DNA from: Marmoricola sp.
GTDB lineage: Bacteria > Actinomycetota > Actinomycetes > Propionibacteriales > Nocardioidaceae
Direction of reading: 5' to 3'
NCBI GenBank assembly: GCA_051961835.1
Contig: JBQCCW010000287.1
Location: 522-64,521 of the forward strand
Length of the DNA stretch: 64,000 nt
Position 1 is the first letter of the stretch. Each line of letters opens with the position of its first letter. Position numbers and translations under genes: made by a program. Positions 9,762-19,165 of the stretch are shown in pieces. A model generated the notes under the pieces. That model worked only from the letters and a program-made list of their open reading frames with translations, did no database searches and was not told the DNA's origin.

Positions 9762-10678
9762 CGGCTGCCCTCCAGGACCACCGCATCGAACCAGTCCGGC
9801 CCGAACACCGGTCGCGTCGGACGCCAGCCGGTCCGCGAGGAGAAGTGCTCGGAGCACACCCGCTGGGAACGCGTGAACGGCTCGATCCGCGAGCCGACCA
9901 CGCGGCGAAGCACCGGGCCGAGGAACGTCCCCCGCGCCGCCCCGACGTGGGAGGCGAAGGCCCCGACCACGTCGCCCTGGCGCACCGGCGACGCGCCGAC
10001 GTTGTAGACGCCGCTCGGGGCCTGGAGCGCGGCGACGACGGCCGACCCCAGGTCGTCGGTGTGCACCAGGTGCGTCCACAGCTCGGGGCGGCCCAGCCCG
10101 ACCGGATGGCCCCGCGCAGCCGCATGCAGGCGGTCCCGGGTGGCCGGATCGTCACCGACGATGGTCCCGAACCTCAGCACCACGCCGGTGTGCCCGCCGC
10201 GGGCGAACGCCTGCACGTGGGTCTCACCGACCGCGGCCGGCTCCGTCGCCGCGGTGATCTCGACCGGTGACTCCTCGGTGATCCACTCCTCGCCGGCGTC
10301 GGCGTAGACGAAGCTCACGCTCTCCTGCACGACGTGCCGCACGCCGGCGCGCTGTGCCGCCTCCACCACGGCCCGGACGCCCGAGGTGCGGAGCCGGTCG
10401 TGCTCCCGCCATGCGCCCGGCCACGCGGCCGCGCGACCGACCGGCACGTGCGTGGCGAGATTCACCACGGCGTCCGCGCCCTCGTACGCCACGGCCAGCG
10501 AGTCGGCGTCGAAGAGGTCGCCGGCGACGGCCCCCGCGCCCCAGGACCGGGCCCGGAGCACGTTGCGCTCGCTGCGGGCGAGGAGCACCACGTCGTGCCC
10601 GGCGGCCAAGAGCGCGGGCACCGCGGCCCGGCCGATGACGCCAGTCCCCCCGGACACGACGATCCTCACGACAGCCAT
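9758..10678 (-). CDS. NAD-dependent epimerase/dehydratase family protein
   Basis: GGTGVIG Rossmann motif, VVNLA, VVLRFG and YNV motifs. Confidence 0.9.
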   Translation of the reverse strand: MAVVRIVVSGGTGVIGRAAVPALLAAGHDVVLLARSERNVLRARSWGAGAVAGDLFDADSLAVAYEGADAVVNLATHVPVGRAAAWPGAWREHDRLRTSGVRAVVEAAQRAGVRHVVQESVSFVYADAGEEWITEESPVEITAATEPAAVGETHVQAFARGGHTGVVLRFGTIVGDDPATRDRLHAAARGHPVGLGRPELWTHLVHTDDLGSAVVAALQAPSGVYNVGASPVRQGDVVGAFASHVGAARGTFLGPVLRRVVGSRIEPFTRSQRVCSEHFSSRTGWRPTRPVFGPDWFDAVVLEGSR

Positions 10679-10727
10679 CCTGCAGGTCACGAACCGATAA
10701 CGGCAACCTGAGGGCGGCCCCCGCGTG

Positions 10728-12209
10728 TCAGCCGATCTCGGCGAGCACCTCCGCGGCGGCCCGCTCGCCGGCCCGGACGGCACCGTCCATGTACCCCGTC
10801 CAGTACGTCGAGGTCTCGGTGCCGGCCCAGTGGACCAGGCGGTGTGGCCGCCGGAGCCAGGCGCCGTACGACGAGAGCGTGCCCGGACCCATGATCGCCA
10901 CCGGACCGCCGCCGGTCCACCGCTCGCGGTTCCAGTCGTGCTCGACGAACTCGACCGGGTGCAACGCCTCGTCGCCGAACATCTGGGCGAGTCCCTGGAG
11001 CACCGCCTTGCGCCGCGCCGCCGCGCCCTCGAGGCCGTACCGCCGCCAGGTGCCGCCGCCGACGAAGGCCAGCAGCACCCCGCACGCCGCGTCGGCCGGG
11101 GAGTTGTCGAACACCGCGCGCGTCGCGCCCTCGGTGGCGATGCCGAACCCGTTGAGTCCCTTGGCGCGCCAGAACGGCTTCTCATAGACGGCGTCGCACT
11201 TCATCAGGTTGCCCATCGGCAGGTGGCGCAGGAGCTCCACCCGCTGCTGCGGCATCCCCGGCCGGAACTCGATCTGCCGGACCAGCTGCGGCGGCGCCGC
11301 CACCACCACGCGACGGGCGCGGACCGACCCGCGCGCGCTGTCCACGACGACGTGGCCGCGCTGCTGGGTGATGCGGTGGACCGGTGCGTGCAGGGCCACG
11401 TGCCGGCCGAGGTGATGGGCGAGCCGAAGCGGGACCAGCTGGGAGCCGCCCACGAACCGGCGCTGCTGGGCCCCGTCGGCAGTGTCGGCGTTGCGCTCGA
11501 AGGTGCCGGTGTGGCCGGCGTTGCCCGAGCAGGCGACGTACCAGAGCGCGAACAGCAAGGAGAGCTGGTCGGTGTCGGCGCCGAACCCGGGCTGCGTCCA
11601 GCACTCGATGAGCGGGATCACGTCCTTGTTGACCGAGTTCGACTCCAGCCACTGGCGCAGCGTCATCGCGTCCCAGGTGGCGGCCTGGGGGTGCTTCCAG
11701 GGGGCGTCGACGTCGATGGAGGCCGCCATCTGGTCGATCCGCGCCTGCAGCAGCGCGGCGTCCGGGGCGATCAGTCCCAGCTGGTACGTCGGCACGGTGC
11801 CGTCGAAGGTCTGCCGGTTCCCGTGGGAGACGTAGACGCTCTTCCCCGTGGTGTACTCGGGGAAGGTGTGCACCCCGAGCGCGTCGGCGAGCGCCTTGAT
11901 CCGGTCCTGGGTCGGGCCGATGAACGCGCCGCCGGACTCGATCACGGAGCCGTTCTCCAGGTGGTGGTTGAGCACCCGGCCACCGACCCGGCTTCGTGCC
12001 TCGAGGACGAGCACGCTCTTCCCCCGGCGGCGCAGTTCGCGGGCGGTGACCAGTCCGCTGAGGCCGCCGCCCACCACCACGACGTCCACCCGCCGTGGGA
12101 GCCGGCCGCGCAGCGCGGCCGCGTCGGCGTCCTCCCAGGTGAGGCCGGCGAGCGCGGCGGCTCCGGCGGCGCCCCCGAGGAGCGTGCGTCGGCTGAGCGA
12201 GGCATCCAT
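10728..12209 (-). CDS. Tat-exported flavin-dependent amine oxidase family protein
   Basis: SRRTLLGG twin-arginine leader, VVGGGLSGL, LEARSRVGGR and WAGTET..GYMDGAVRAGERAA motifs. Confidence 0.9.
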   Translation of the reverse strand: MDASLSRRTLLGGAAGAAALAGLTWEDADAAALRGRLPRRVDVVVVGGGLSGLVTARELRRRGKSVLVLEARSRVGGRVLNHHLENGSVIESGGAFIGPTQDRIKALADALGVHTFPEYTTGKSVYVSHGNRQTFDGTVPTYQLGLIAPDAALLQARIDQMAASIDVDAPWKHPQAATWDAMTLRQWLESNSVNKDVIPLIECWTQPGFGADTDQLSLLFALWYVACSGNAGHTGTFERNADTADGAQQRRFVGGSQLVPLRLAHHLGRHVALHAPVHRITQQRGHVVVDSARGSVRARRVVVAAPPQLVRQIEFRPGMPQQRVELLRHLPMGNLMKCDAVYEKPFWRAKGLNGFGIATEGATRAVFDNSPADAACGVLLAFVGGGTWRRYGLEGAAARRKAVLQGLAQMFGDEALHPVEFVEHDWNRERWTGGGPVAIMGPGTLSSYGAWLRRPHRLVHWAGTETSTYWTGYMDGAVRAGERAAAEVLAEIG

Positions 12210-12305
12210 GCGTGTTCCTTCCATCCGGTCGACCTCTTGGGCCAACGAGTCACCGGGCGGAAGGCTAGGGGCGGAGGGGGAGATCGGCCTCGGAGCGGGC
12301 GCAGC

Positions 12306-13502
12306 TCAGGCGCAGAGACCGACCTGGTGGGCCTGGGCGACCCGCTGAGCGTCGCTCGGCGACGGCGAGGCGCTCCCCGACGGGCTGCCGGACGGGCTGC
12401 CGGACGGGCTGCCGGACGGGCTGCTCGAGGGACTGGCAGTTGGCGAGCCGCCGCCGGTGGCCCCGGGCCGGTGCGCGGCACTCACGGCCTGAGAGTCGAA
12501 GGCGCTGCCCAAGGGCTGGTCGTGGATGATCCGCTGCCACAGCTCCTTGGCCTGCGGCGCCCAGATCAGCCGGTTGGGATCCGGCGGGTACGGCTCGAAC
12601 GGCACGGTGACGAACGTGATGTGGTCGAGCCCGATGTTCTTCAGCGACTCGCCCAGGCCCACGAGCGAGCGCAGGTGGCTGAACCCCTCGTCGGTCGTCA
12701 GCGACTTCGTGGCGGCGTCGAGGAAGTTGTAGAGCCGGATCGGGTTGGCGAGCGTGCCTGCGGAGACCACCTGGTTGATCATCGAGGCGATGAACGCCTG
12801 TTGGCGCTTCATCCGCCCGATGTCCGAGCCGTCGCCGACGCCGTGCCGGACCCGGACGTAGTTGAGCGCCTGCTCTCCGGTGACCGTGTAGGTCCCTGCG
12901 GGGAGGTGGATGTTGCTCTGCGGATCGTCGATCTGCTGGGGGACGCACACCTGGACGCCGCCCAGTGCGTCCACCATCGTGCGGAACCCGTTGAACTTCA
13001 CCACGACGAAGTGGTTGATCCGCACCCCGGTGAGCTGCTCGACCGTCTTGACCGTGCACAGCGGCCCGCCGATCGCGTAGGCCGCGTTGAACTGGGTGAG
13101 GCCGCCCGGGTCGACGCCGGTGCTCGTCTGGCAGGAGGGGCGCTCGACCATGGCATCGCGTGGCAGGCTCACGCCGTAGGCGAACTTACGGTTCGCCGAG
13201 AGGTGCAGCAGGATCGTCGTGTCGGAGAGCCCGGGCGTCGTGCCGCCGATCGCGGGACCCTGGCCCTTCCTGGTGTCGTCGCCCATCACGAGCACGTTGA
13301 CCGGGCCCTTGATCACCTCGGCCGGCCGGTGCCCCAGGGCGCCCGGCTTGATCTGCACCCCGGTGATGTTCCCTTCGAGGTGTTTGATCGCGACGTACAG
13401 GGCACTGGTGACCACGAAGGCCAGCACTCCGAGGACGATCAACACCCGCCGGGCGATGAGACGCCCGCGCGGCGGGCGCGCGCGATGGCGAGAGCTGGGC
13501 AT
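12306..13502 (-). CDS. LCP (LytR-CpsA-Psr) cell-wall glycopolymer transferase
   Basis: TM then NVLVMGDD, SDTTILLH, SLPRD, YVRVR and DIGRMKRQQ; (SPSG)n tail. Confidence 0.93.
   Translation of the reverse strand: MPSSRHRARPPRGRLIARRVLIVLGVLAFVVTSALYVAIKHLEGNITGVQIKPGALGHRPAEVIKGPVNVLVMGDDTRKGQGPAIGGTTPGLSDTTILLHLSANRKFAYGVSLPRDAMVERPSCQTSTGVDPGGLTQFNAAYAIGGPLCTVKTVEQLTGVRINHFVVVKFNGFRTMVDALGGVQVCVPQQIDDPQSNIHLPAGTYTVTGEQALNYVRVRHGVGDGSDIGRMKRQQAFIASMINQVVSAGTLANPIRLYNFLDAATKSLTTDEGFSHLRSLVGLGESLKNIGLDHITFVTVPFEPYPPDPNRLIWAPQAKELWQRIIHDQPLGSAFDSQAVSAAHRPGATGGGSPTASPSSSPSGSPSGSPSGSPSGSASPSPSDAQRVAQAHQVGLCA
12376..12425. repeat. 12-bp in-frame tandem repeat (CGGACGGGCTGC, about 3.5 copies) encoding SPSG
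   Basis: Directly visible near the 3' end of the LCP gene. Confidence 0.85.
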
Positions 13503-13638
13503 GACACCTCGGGAAGAGGGCGGGCAGGGACGACCCGCACGGCGGACTCCCCATTGTGACCGGATGCACGAGCGCGCCCAAATCACGACCCGCCGGTCTC
13601 AGGCCACGCTCAGGAGCATGCGACCATGGCCCCCGCAC

Positions 13639-13711
13639 GCCCCGGTAGCTCAGTGGATAGAGCAGCCGCCTCCTAAGCGAAAGGTCGCGAGTTCGACTCT
13701 CGCCCGGGGCA
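13639..13711 (+). tRNA. tRNA-Arg (anticodon CCT) with weak anticodon stem
   Basis: GCCCCGG-TA-GCTC-AGTGGATA-GAGC-A-GCCGC-CTCCTAA-GCGAA-AGGTC-GCGAG-TTCGACT-CTCGC-CCGGGGC-A cloverleaf. Confidence 0.92.
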
Positions 13712-13726
13712 CTTCTCAGAGCTCTG

Positions 13727-13763
13727 CTACGGATCCAAGCCGGCCCGCGGCTCGGATCCGCAG
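13727..13763. terminator. Hairpin between tRNA-Arg and the convergent lipoprotein gene
   Basis: GCTACGGATCC-AAGCCG...CGGCTC-GGATCCGCAGC imperfect inverted repeat; no U-tract. Confidence 0.45.
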
Positions 13764-13786
13764 CGAAGCGCGGTCGCAGCCGCGGC

Positions 13787-14152
13787 TCACTTCACGAAGG
13801 CGCACTCCATGACGTCGCCCTGGCGACGGACCGTGAACGCGACGCCGACGCCGTTGACCTCGATCGAGCAGCGCGCGTCCTGACGGCCGGCGACCTTGAC
13901 GAGCACCCGGTAGACCAGGCCGCTGTTGTCGACGATGTGCGCCTCGTGGCTCCACGGCAGCTGCACGCTCCGGGCGGGCGTGAGCTGCTTCATGCCGGTG
14001 GCGGCGTAGCGGACCTGGGCGGAGCCGTGACCGCTCACGCGGTACACGACCTCGCTGACCTTGCCGTGGCCCCCGGGCCCCATGTCGCGGCACCCGGCGA
14101 GACCGACGGCCAGCAGCGGGAGCACGAGCGCGAGCAGCGCGCGAGGGATCAT
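13787..14152 (-). CDS. Small lipoprotein, MmpS-like domain
   Basis: Signal peptide with LAGC lipobox; YRVSG...LPWS...CSIEVNG...C pattern. Confidence 0.65.
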   Translation of the reverse strand: MIPRALLALVLPLLAVGLAGCRDMGPGGHGKVSEVVYRVSGHGSAQVRYAATGMKQLTPARSVQLPWSHEAHIVDNSGLVYRVLVKVAGRQDARCSIEVNGVGVAFTVRRQGDVMECAFVK

Positions 14153-14175
14153 GCCTCTGACATTAGGCGCCGACC

Positions 14176-15357
14176 TCAGACGACCTCGAAGCGGATCCCC
14201 GCCGCCTGCAGCCGCTCGAGCAGCCGATCGCCCATCGCCACGGCGGTCGTCACCTGCCCGGCGGTCGGCGGGTTGTCGTCGAAGGCGAGGCTCAGCGCCG
14301 ACTCGGCGAGCATCTTCGCCGTCTCGTCGTAGCCGGGGTCGCCGCCGCTGACCCGCGTGTGCAGCGTCTCGCCTCCCGCGTCGGCGACGAAGTCGACGGT
14401 GAACCAGGACCGCGCCCGGCGCCCCTCCGAGGGACCCTCACCCTGCTTGATCCGCCCGAGCAGCGCCTTGCGCAGCGGTGGGAGCTGAGCGGCGCCGGCC
14501 AGGGCCACGGCGCCCGCTGCACCGCCGGCGGCGTACCGCAGCGTCTTGGTCCCGGCGTAGTGGGAGTAGGCGAAGTCCGGCCCGTACGTCGGCAGCGCCG
14601 CTCCGGACCGTGCGATCACGAACGGGTCGATCGTCGGCATCGGCACCAGCCAGTAGCCCAGCAGCCCGTCGCGGTGGGGCTTGCCGGCGACGGCCCGGGA
14701 CCGTCGGCCCTCGGGTCGCGTCTCCGCCCGCCGCCGGTCCACCATCGCGTCGCGCATCTGCTTGGCACGTGAGAAGGCGGTCATCGCCGAGTGGAAGGTG
14801 CCTCCGGAGAAGGTCGCGTTGGACCGGACCACGCCCCGCATGCGCACCGGCACGTCGTCGGGCAGCCGGGTGACGGTGAAGTAGGCACCGAGGTCGTGCG
14901 GGATCGAGTCGAAGCCGCAGGCGTGGACCAGCCGTGCGCCGGACGCCACGGCGGTCTCGTGATGGGCGAGGTACATCCGGTCGACGAACTCCGGCTCGCC
15001 GGTCAGGTCGACGTAGTCGGTGCCGGCCTCGGCGCACGCGCGGACCAGCGGCTCGCCGTGCAGCAGGTACGGCCCGACGGTGGTGATGACGACGCGGGTG
15101 GACTCCGCGAGAGCCCGCAACGACTCCGGGTCGGCGCTGTCGGCGACCACGAGCGGCAGGTCGGCCGCCTTGGACGTGGTCGCGGCGAGCCGGGTCCGCA
15201 CCGCCTCGAGCTTCGCTCGGTTGCGTCCCGCCAGAGCCCACCGGCAGTCTGCCGGCGCGTGCTCGGCGAGGTACGCCGCGGTCAGCTCGCCGGTGAACCC
15301 GGTGGCGCCGAGCAGCACGATGTCGTAGGGGCGGTCGTCCTTCGCCGTGGCAGCCAT
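14176..15357 (-). CDS. Saccharopine dehydrogenase-like oxidoreductase / trans-acting enoyl reductase family
   Basis: GATGFTG, TVGPY, YVDLTGE, CGFDSIPHDLG and GDPGY motifs. Confidence 0.92.
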   Translation of the reverse strand: MAATAKDDRPYDIVLLGATGFTGELTAAYLAEHAPADCRWALAGRNRAKLEAVRTRLAATTSKAADLPLVVADSADPESLRALAESTRVVITTVGPYLLHGEPLVRACAEAGTDYVDLTGEPEFVDRMYLAHHETAVASGARLVHACGFDSIPHDLGAYFTVTRLPDDVPVRMRGVVRSNATFSGGTFHSAMTAFSRAKQMRDAMVDRRRAETRPEGRRSRAVAGKPHRDGLLGYWLVPMPTIDPFVIARSGAALPTYGPDFAYSHYAGTKTLRYAAGGAAGAVALAGAAQLPPLRKALLGRIKQGEGPSEGRRARSWFTVDFVADAGGETLHTRVSGGDPGYDETAKMLAESALSLAFDDNPPTAGQVTTAVAMGDRLLERLQAAGIRFEVV

Positions 15358-15408
15358 GGCCACATCTTGACCGATGCCCGCGCCGGATCTCGACGTACCC
15401 TCGTCGGC

Positions 15409-15678
15409 ATGTGCCGCAGCATCCGCACCCTGCACAACTTCGAGCCGCCGGCCACCGAGGACGAGGTACGCGCCGCCGCCGTGCAGTACGTCCGCAAGAT
15501 CAGCGGCACCACCCACCCCTCCCGCGCCAACGAGGCGGCGTTCGCCCAGGCCGTCAACGACGTCGAGGCCGCGACCCGGCGGCTGCTCGACGGGCTCACC
15601 ACCAGCGCGCCGCCCAAGGACCGCGACGTCGAGGCCGCCCGCGCCCGGGCGCGCGCCGAGGCTCGGTACGCCCGGTGA
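15409..15678 (+). CDS. DUF2277-family protein
   Basis: MCRSIRTLHNFEPPAT.DEVRAAA.QYVRKISG signature. Confidence 0.85.
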   Translation: MCRSIRTLHNFEPPATEDEVRAAAVQYVRKISGTTHPSRANEAAFAQAVNDVEAATRRLLDGLTTSAPPKDRDVEAARARARAEARYAR

Positions 15679-16580
15679 CGCCCGCGCTCGACCTGCTCGC
15701 GGGGCGACGGCTCGTCGTCCTCACCGGGGCCGGCCTCTCCACCGACTCCGGGATCCCCGACTACCGCGGACCGCGACCCGTCGGCGCGCCGCCGGTGCGG
15801 ATGCCGATGACCTACCAGGACTTCGTGGCCTCGCCGGAGAGCGCGCAGCGCTACTGGGCTCGCGCCCACGTGGGGTGGTCCCGGATGCGTGCTGCCGCGC
15901 CCAACGCCGGGCACCACGCCCTGGCGGCCCTGGATCCCGGGCTCGTCGTCACCCAGAACGTCGACGGCCTGCACGAGCGGGCGGGACAGCGCCGGCTCGT
16001 CGCCCTGCACGGCCGGATCAGCGAGGTCGTGTGCCTCGACTGCCGCATGGTCACCGACCGCACCTCCGTCCAGCGCGCGATGGCGGCCGCCAACCCCGGC
16101 TGGGCGGACCGGCACGCGAGCGCGACGGACCGGCCGGACGGCGATGTCGCGCTCGAGGAGACCGCCGGGTTCGTGGTGCCGACGTGCTCGAGCTGTGGCG
16201 GCCGGTTGAAGCCGCACGTGGTGTTCTTCGGGGAGAACGTGCCCAAGGACCGGGTCGCGCGCTGCACGGAGGCGGTCGAGCAGGCCGAGGCGCTCCTCGT
16301 CGTCGGATCGAGCCTCACGGTGATGTCGGGCTTCCGGTTCGTGCGGCAGGCCCATCGGCTCGGCCGTCCGGTGGTCATCGTCAACCGCGGCGCCACACGG
16401 GGCGACGCGCTGGCCACCGTCAAGCTCGAGGTCGGATGCTCGGACTTCCTGACCGCCCTCGCGGCCACGGACCAAGCCCGCGCTCAGGGCAGGGCGCGCA
16501 CCCGGATCGCCGGCGGCATCGCCGACAGCGTCTTGAGGACCTCGTCGGACAGCGGCGCCTCCACGTCGATGACCGCGTAG
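15675..16580 (+). CDS. NAD-dependent protein deacylase, Sir2 family (SIRT4-like)
   Basis: GAGLSTDSGIPDYRG, TQNVDGLH, HG, CxxC..CxxC and KPHVVFFGE motifs; 3' end overlaps serA. Confidence 0.92.
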   Translation: MTPALDLLAGRRLVVLTGAGLSTDSGIPDYRGPRPVGAPPVRMPMTYQDFVASPESAQRYWARAHVGWSRMRAAAPNAGHHALAALDPGLVVTQNVDGLHERAGQRRLVALHGRISEVVCLDCRMVTDRTSVQRAMAAANPGWADRHASATDRPDGDVALEETAGFVVPTCSSCGGRLKPHVVFFGENVPKDRVARCTEAVEQAEALLVVGSSLTVMSGFRFVRQAHRLGRPVVIVNRGATRGDALATVKLEVGCSDFLTALAATDQARAQGRARTRIAGGIADSVLRTSSDSGASTSMTA

Positions 16581-17674
16581 CCCTGCTCGCCCCGGGTGGC
16601 GAGCTGCTGGCTGAGGATGTTCGCGCCCGACTCGCCGAGGACGGTCACGACGTGCGCAAGCACGCCGGGCACGTTCTGGTGCAGGTGGGTGATCCGGTGC
16701 GCGCCGTCGTTGTGGACCTGCACCTCGGGCAGGTTCACCGAGTTCGCGGTGCTGCCGCCCTGGACGTAGGACACCAGTTTCGTGGAGACGAACCCGCCGA
16801 TCTCCTCCTGCGCCTCCTGGGTCGAGCCGCCGACGTGCGGGGTGAGGATGACGTTGTCGAGGCCGCGGAGCACCGACTCGAAGGGGTCCCCCTGGCGCTT
16901 GGGCTCGACGGGGAAGACGTCGAGCGCCGCGCCGGCGATGTGACCGGAGAGGATGTGCTCGCGCAGCGCGACGTCGTCGACGACCATCCCGCGCGAGGCG
17001 TTGATGAACATGGCGCGCGGCTTCATCTTCGCGAACTGCTCGGCGCCGAAGAGGCCCGCGTTGCCCGGTCGGCCGTCGACGTGCAGCGTCACGACGTCCG
17101 CCTGCGCCAGCAGCTCGTCGAGCGTCGCGACCCGGCGGGCGTTGCCGTGGGCCAGACGGTCGGCGGTGTCGAAGAAGATGACCCGGAAGCCGAACGCCTC
17201 GGCCACGACCGAGAGCTGCGCTCCGATGTTGCCGTAGCCGACGATGCCGAGCACGCGGCCGCGGACCTCGTGGGAGCCGGCTGCGGACTTGTCCCACACG
17301 CCGGCGTGCATCTTCTCGTTCTTCTCCGCGAGCCGGCGGGCGAGCGCGATGATCTCCCCGATCACCAGCTCCACGACGCTCCGCGTGTTCGAGTACGGCG
17401 CATTGAACGCCGCGATGCCCCGGGCGGCGGTTGCCTGCAGATCGATCTGGTTGGTGCCGATGCAGAACGCCCCCACGGCGAGCAGGTCGGAGTTCTCGAC
17501 CACCCGAGCGGTGAGGTTGGTGTTGGAGCGCAGACCGAGCAGTTGCACACCCCGGAGCGCCTCGATGAGGTCGTCCTCGCTGAGCGAGCCGGGCCGGGTC
17601 TCGACCTCGATGCCGGCGGCTCCGAAGACCTCCGTCGCGCGCGGGTGGATGTTCTCGAGCAGCAGCGCCTTCAC
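16484..17674 (-). CDS. serA: D-3-phosphoglycerate dehydrogenase with ACT domain
   Basis: FCIGTNQ, NAPYSNTRSV, GIVGYGNIG, LTPHVGGSTQEAQ and HQNVPGVL motifs. Confidence 0.96.
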   Translation of the reverse strand: MKALLLENIHPRATEVFGAAGIEVETRPGSLSEDDLIEALRGVQLLGLRSNTNLTARVVENSDLLAVGAFCIGTNQIDLQATAARGIAAFNAPYSNTRSVVELVIGEIIALARRLAEKNEKMHAGVWDKSAAGSHEVRGRVLGIVGYGNIGAQLSVVAEAFGFRVIFFDTADRLAHGNARRVATLDELLAQADVVTLHVDGRPGNAGLFGAEQFAKMKPRAMFINASRGMVVDDVALREHILSGHIAGAALDVFPVEPKRQGDPFESVLRGLDNVILTPHVGGSTQEAQEEIGGFVSTKLVSYVQGGSTANSVNLPEVQVHNDGAHRITHLHQNVPGVLAHVVTVLGESGANILSQQLATRGEQGYAVIDVEAPLSDEVLKTLSAMPPAIRVRALP

Positions 17675-17734
17675 GACACGAGGGTAGACCGGCCCGTGCG
17701 CGCGCCCCGGGGGCGTCTCAGCGCAGCCGGCCGC

Positions 17735-18421
17735 TCACACCCGGCTGACGAAGATGTGCTGAGCGGCCTCGGGCAGGATCTCGGCGGTCTCGCCGCCCTT
17801 GCCCACGATGACGCCCTCCGGGCCGGCCACGGCGGTGACCACCTCGCCGGGGCGCGCGCCGGCGCGGTGCAGCGCGGCCATCAGGCTCTCGTCCGTCTGC
17901 ATCTCCTCGCTGATCCGGCGCACGCTGACCCGCACCGGCTGGGCGACGTCCAGGGCGTCGAGCGGCTCGACGCCCGCCATGAACTCCTCCAGCTCACCGG
18001 CCCCGCCGAGCTCGGCCAGGCCGGGGATCGGGTTGCCGTAGGGCGACTCGGTGGGGTGCTCGAGCAGCTCGAGCAGCCGCCGCTCGACCTGCTCGCTCAT
18101 CACGTGCTCCCAGCGGCAGGCCTCCTCGTGCACCTGCTGCCAGTCCAGGCCGATCACGTCGACCAGGAGGCACTCGGCGAGGCGGTGCTTGCGCATCACC
18201 CTCGTCGCCGCCGCCAGGCCGACCGGCGTCAGCTGCAGGTGGCGGTCTCCCTCGACGGTGACCAACCCGTCGCGCTCCATCCGTGCCACCGTCTGGCTGA
18301 CGGTGGGGCCGCTCTGGTGCAACCGCTCGGCGATCCGGGCACGCAACGGGACGATGCCCTCCTCCACGAGCTCGAAGATCGTGCGGAGGTACATCTCGGT
18401 GGTGTCGATCAGATCGCTCAC
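17735..18421 (-). CDS. ideR: Iron-dependent repressor, DtxR/IdeR family
   Basis: DTTEMYLRTI, RARIAERL.QSGPTVSQTVARMERDG and HEEACRWEHVMS motifs. Confidence 0.95.
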   Translation of the reverse strand: MSDLIDTTEMYLRTIFELVEEGIVPLRARIAERLHQSGPTVSQTVARMERDGLVTVEGDRHLQLTPVGLAAATRVMRKHRLAECLLVDVIGLDWQQVHEEACRWEHVMSEQVERRLLELLEHPTESPYGNPIPGLAELGGAGELEEFMAGVEPLDALDVAQPVRVSVRRISEEMQTDESLMAALHRAGARPGEVVTAVAGPEGVIVGKGGETAEILPEAAQHIFVSRV

Positions 18422-18517
18422 GTCTCCATTGTGACGGACGGGGCGCGGTATGGACCGCGCCCCGGCTGTGCGGGGGCTCGCCCACGACCGCGCGGGCACT
18501 CGGGGTACAACTAGCGG

Positions 18518-19165
18518 GTGAACCACCCCGTCCGGGTCTACCTCGTCGACGATCATGAGATCGTCCGCCGGGGACTCCGCCATCTCATCGAGGCGCAACC
18601 GGACATGGAGGTCGTCGGGGATGCCGCGGACGCCGAGCGTGCCATCGCCGAGATCGGTCGGCTGAAGCCCGACGTCGCGGTGCTCGACGTACGCCTGGGT
18701 CAGGGTCCCTCCGGCATCGAGGTCTGCCGCGAGGTCCGCTCGCGCGATCCCGAGGTCAAGTGCGTGATGCTGACCAGCTACGACGATGACGAGGCACTGT
18801 TCGCGGCGCTCATGGCGGGGGCGAACGGCTACCTGCTCAAGGAGATCGACGGCAACGCCATCTCGGCGGGGATCCGCGGTGCGGCCGAGGGGCGCTCGGT
18901 CATCGACGCCGCCTCGACGGCGCGGGTGATCAGGCGCATGGAGGAGCGCGACCGGCCGCCGTCGGTCCCCCACGAGCTCGCCGCGCTGACCCGCACCGAG
19001 CGGGAGATCCTCGGGCTGATCGCCGAGGGCCTGACCAACCGCCAGATCGGCGAGCGCATCTACCTCGCCGAGAAGACCGTGAAGAACCACGTCACCTCGA
19101 TCCTCGCGAAGCTCGGCCTCACCCGCCGCACCCAGGCAGCGGTGCTGGCCTCACGGCTCCTCTGA
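18518..19165 (+). CDS. NarL-family response regulator, DevR/DosR-like
   Basis: LVDDHEIVRRG, LDVRL receiver Asp and LTNRQI..LAEKTVKNHV...RRTQAA HTH. Confidence 0.93.
   Translation: MNHPVRVYLVDDHEIVRRGLRHLIEAQPDMEVVGDAADAERAIAEIGRLKPDVAVLDVRLGQGPSGIEVCREVRSRDPEVKCVMLTSYDDDEALFAALMAGANGYLLKEIDGNAISAGIRGAAEGRSVIDAASTARVIRRMEERDRPPSVPHELAALTRTEREILGLIAEGLTNRQIGERIYLAEKTVKNHVTSILAKLGLTRRTQAAVLASRLL

Noticed and set aside
10725-13559. 944-aa plus-strand ORF
   Set aside because: Antisense shadow of the amine oxidase and LCP genes; no motifs, typical of high-GC DNA
15374-18514. 1046-aa plus-strand ORF
   Set aside because: Off-frame over DUF2277/sirtuin and antisense to serA and ideR; Arg/Pro/Gly-rich with no domain
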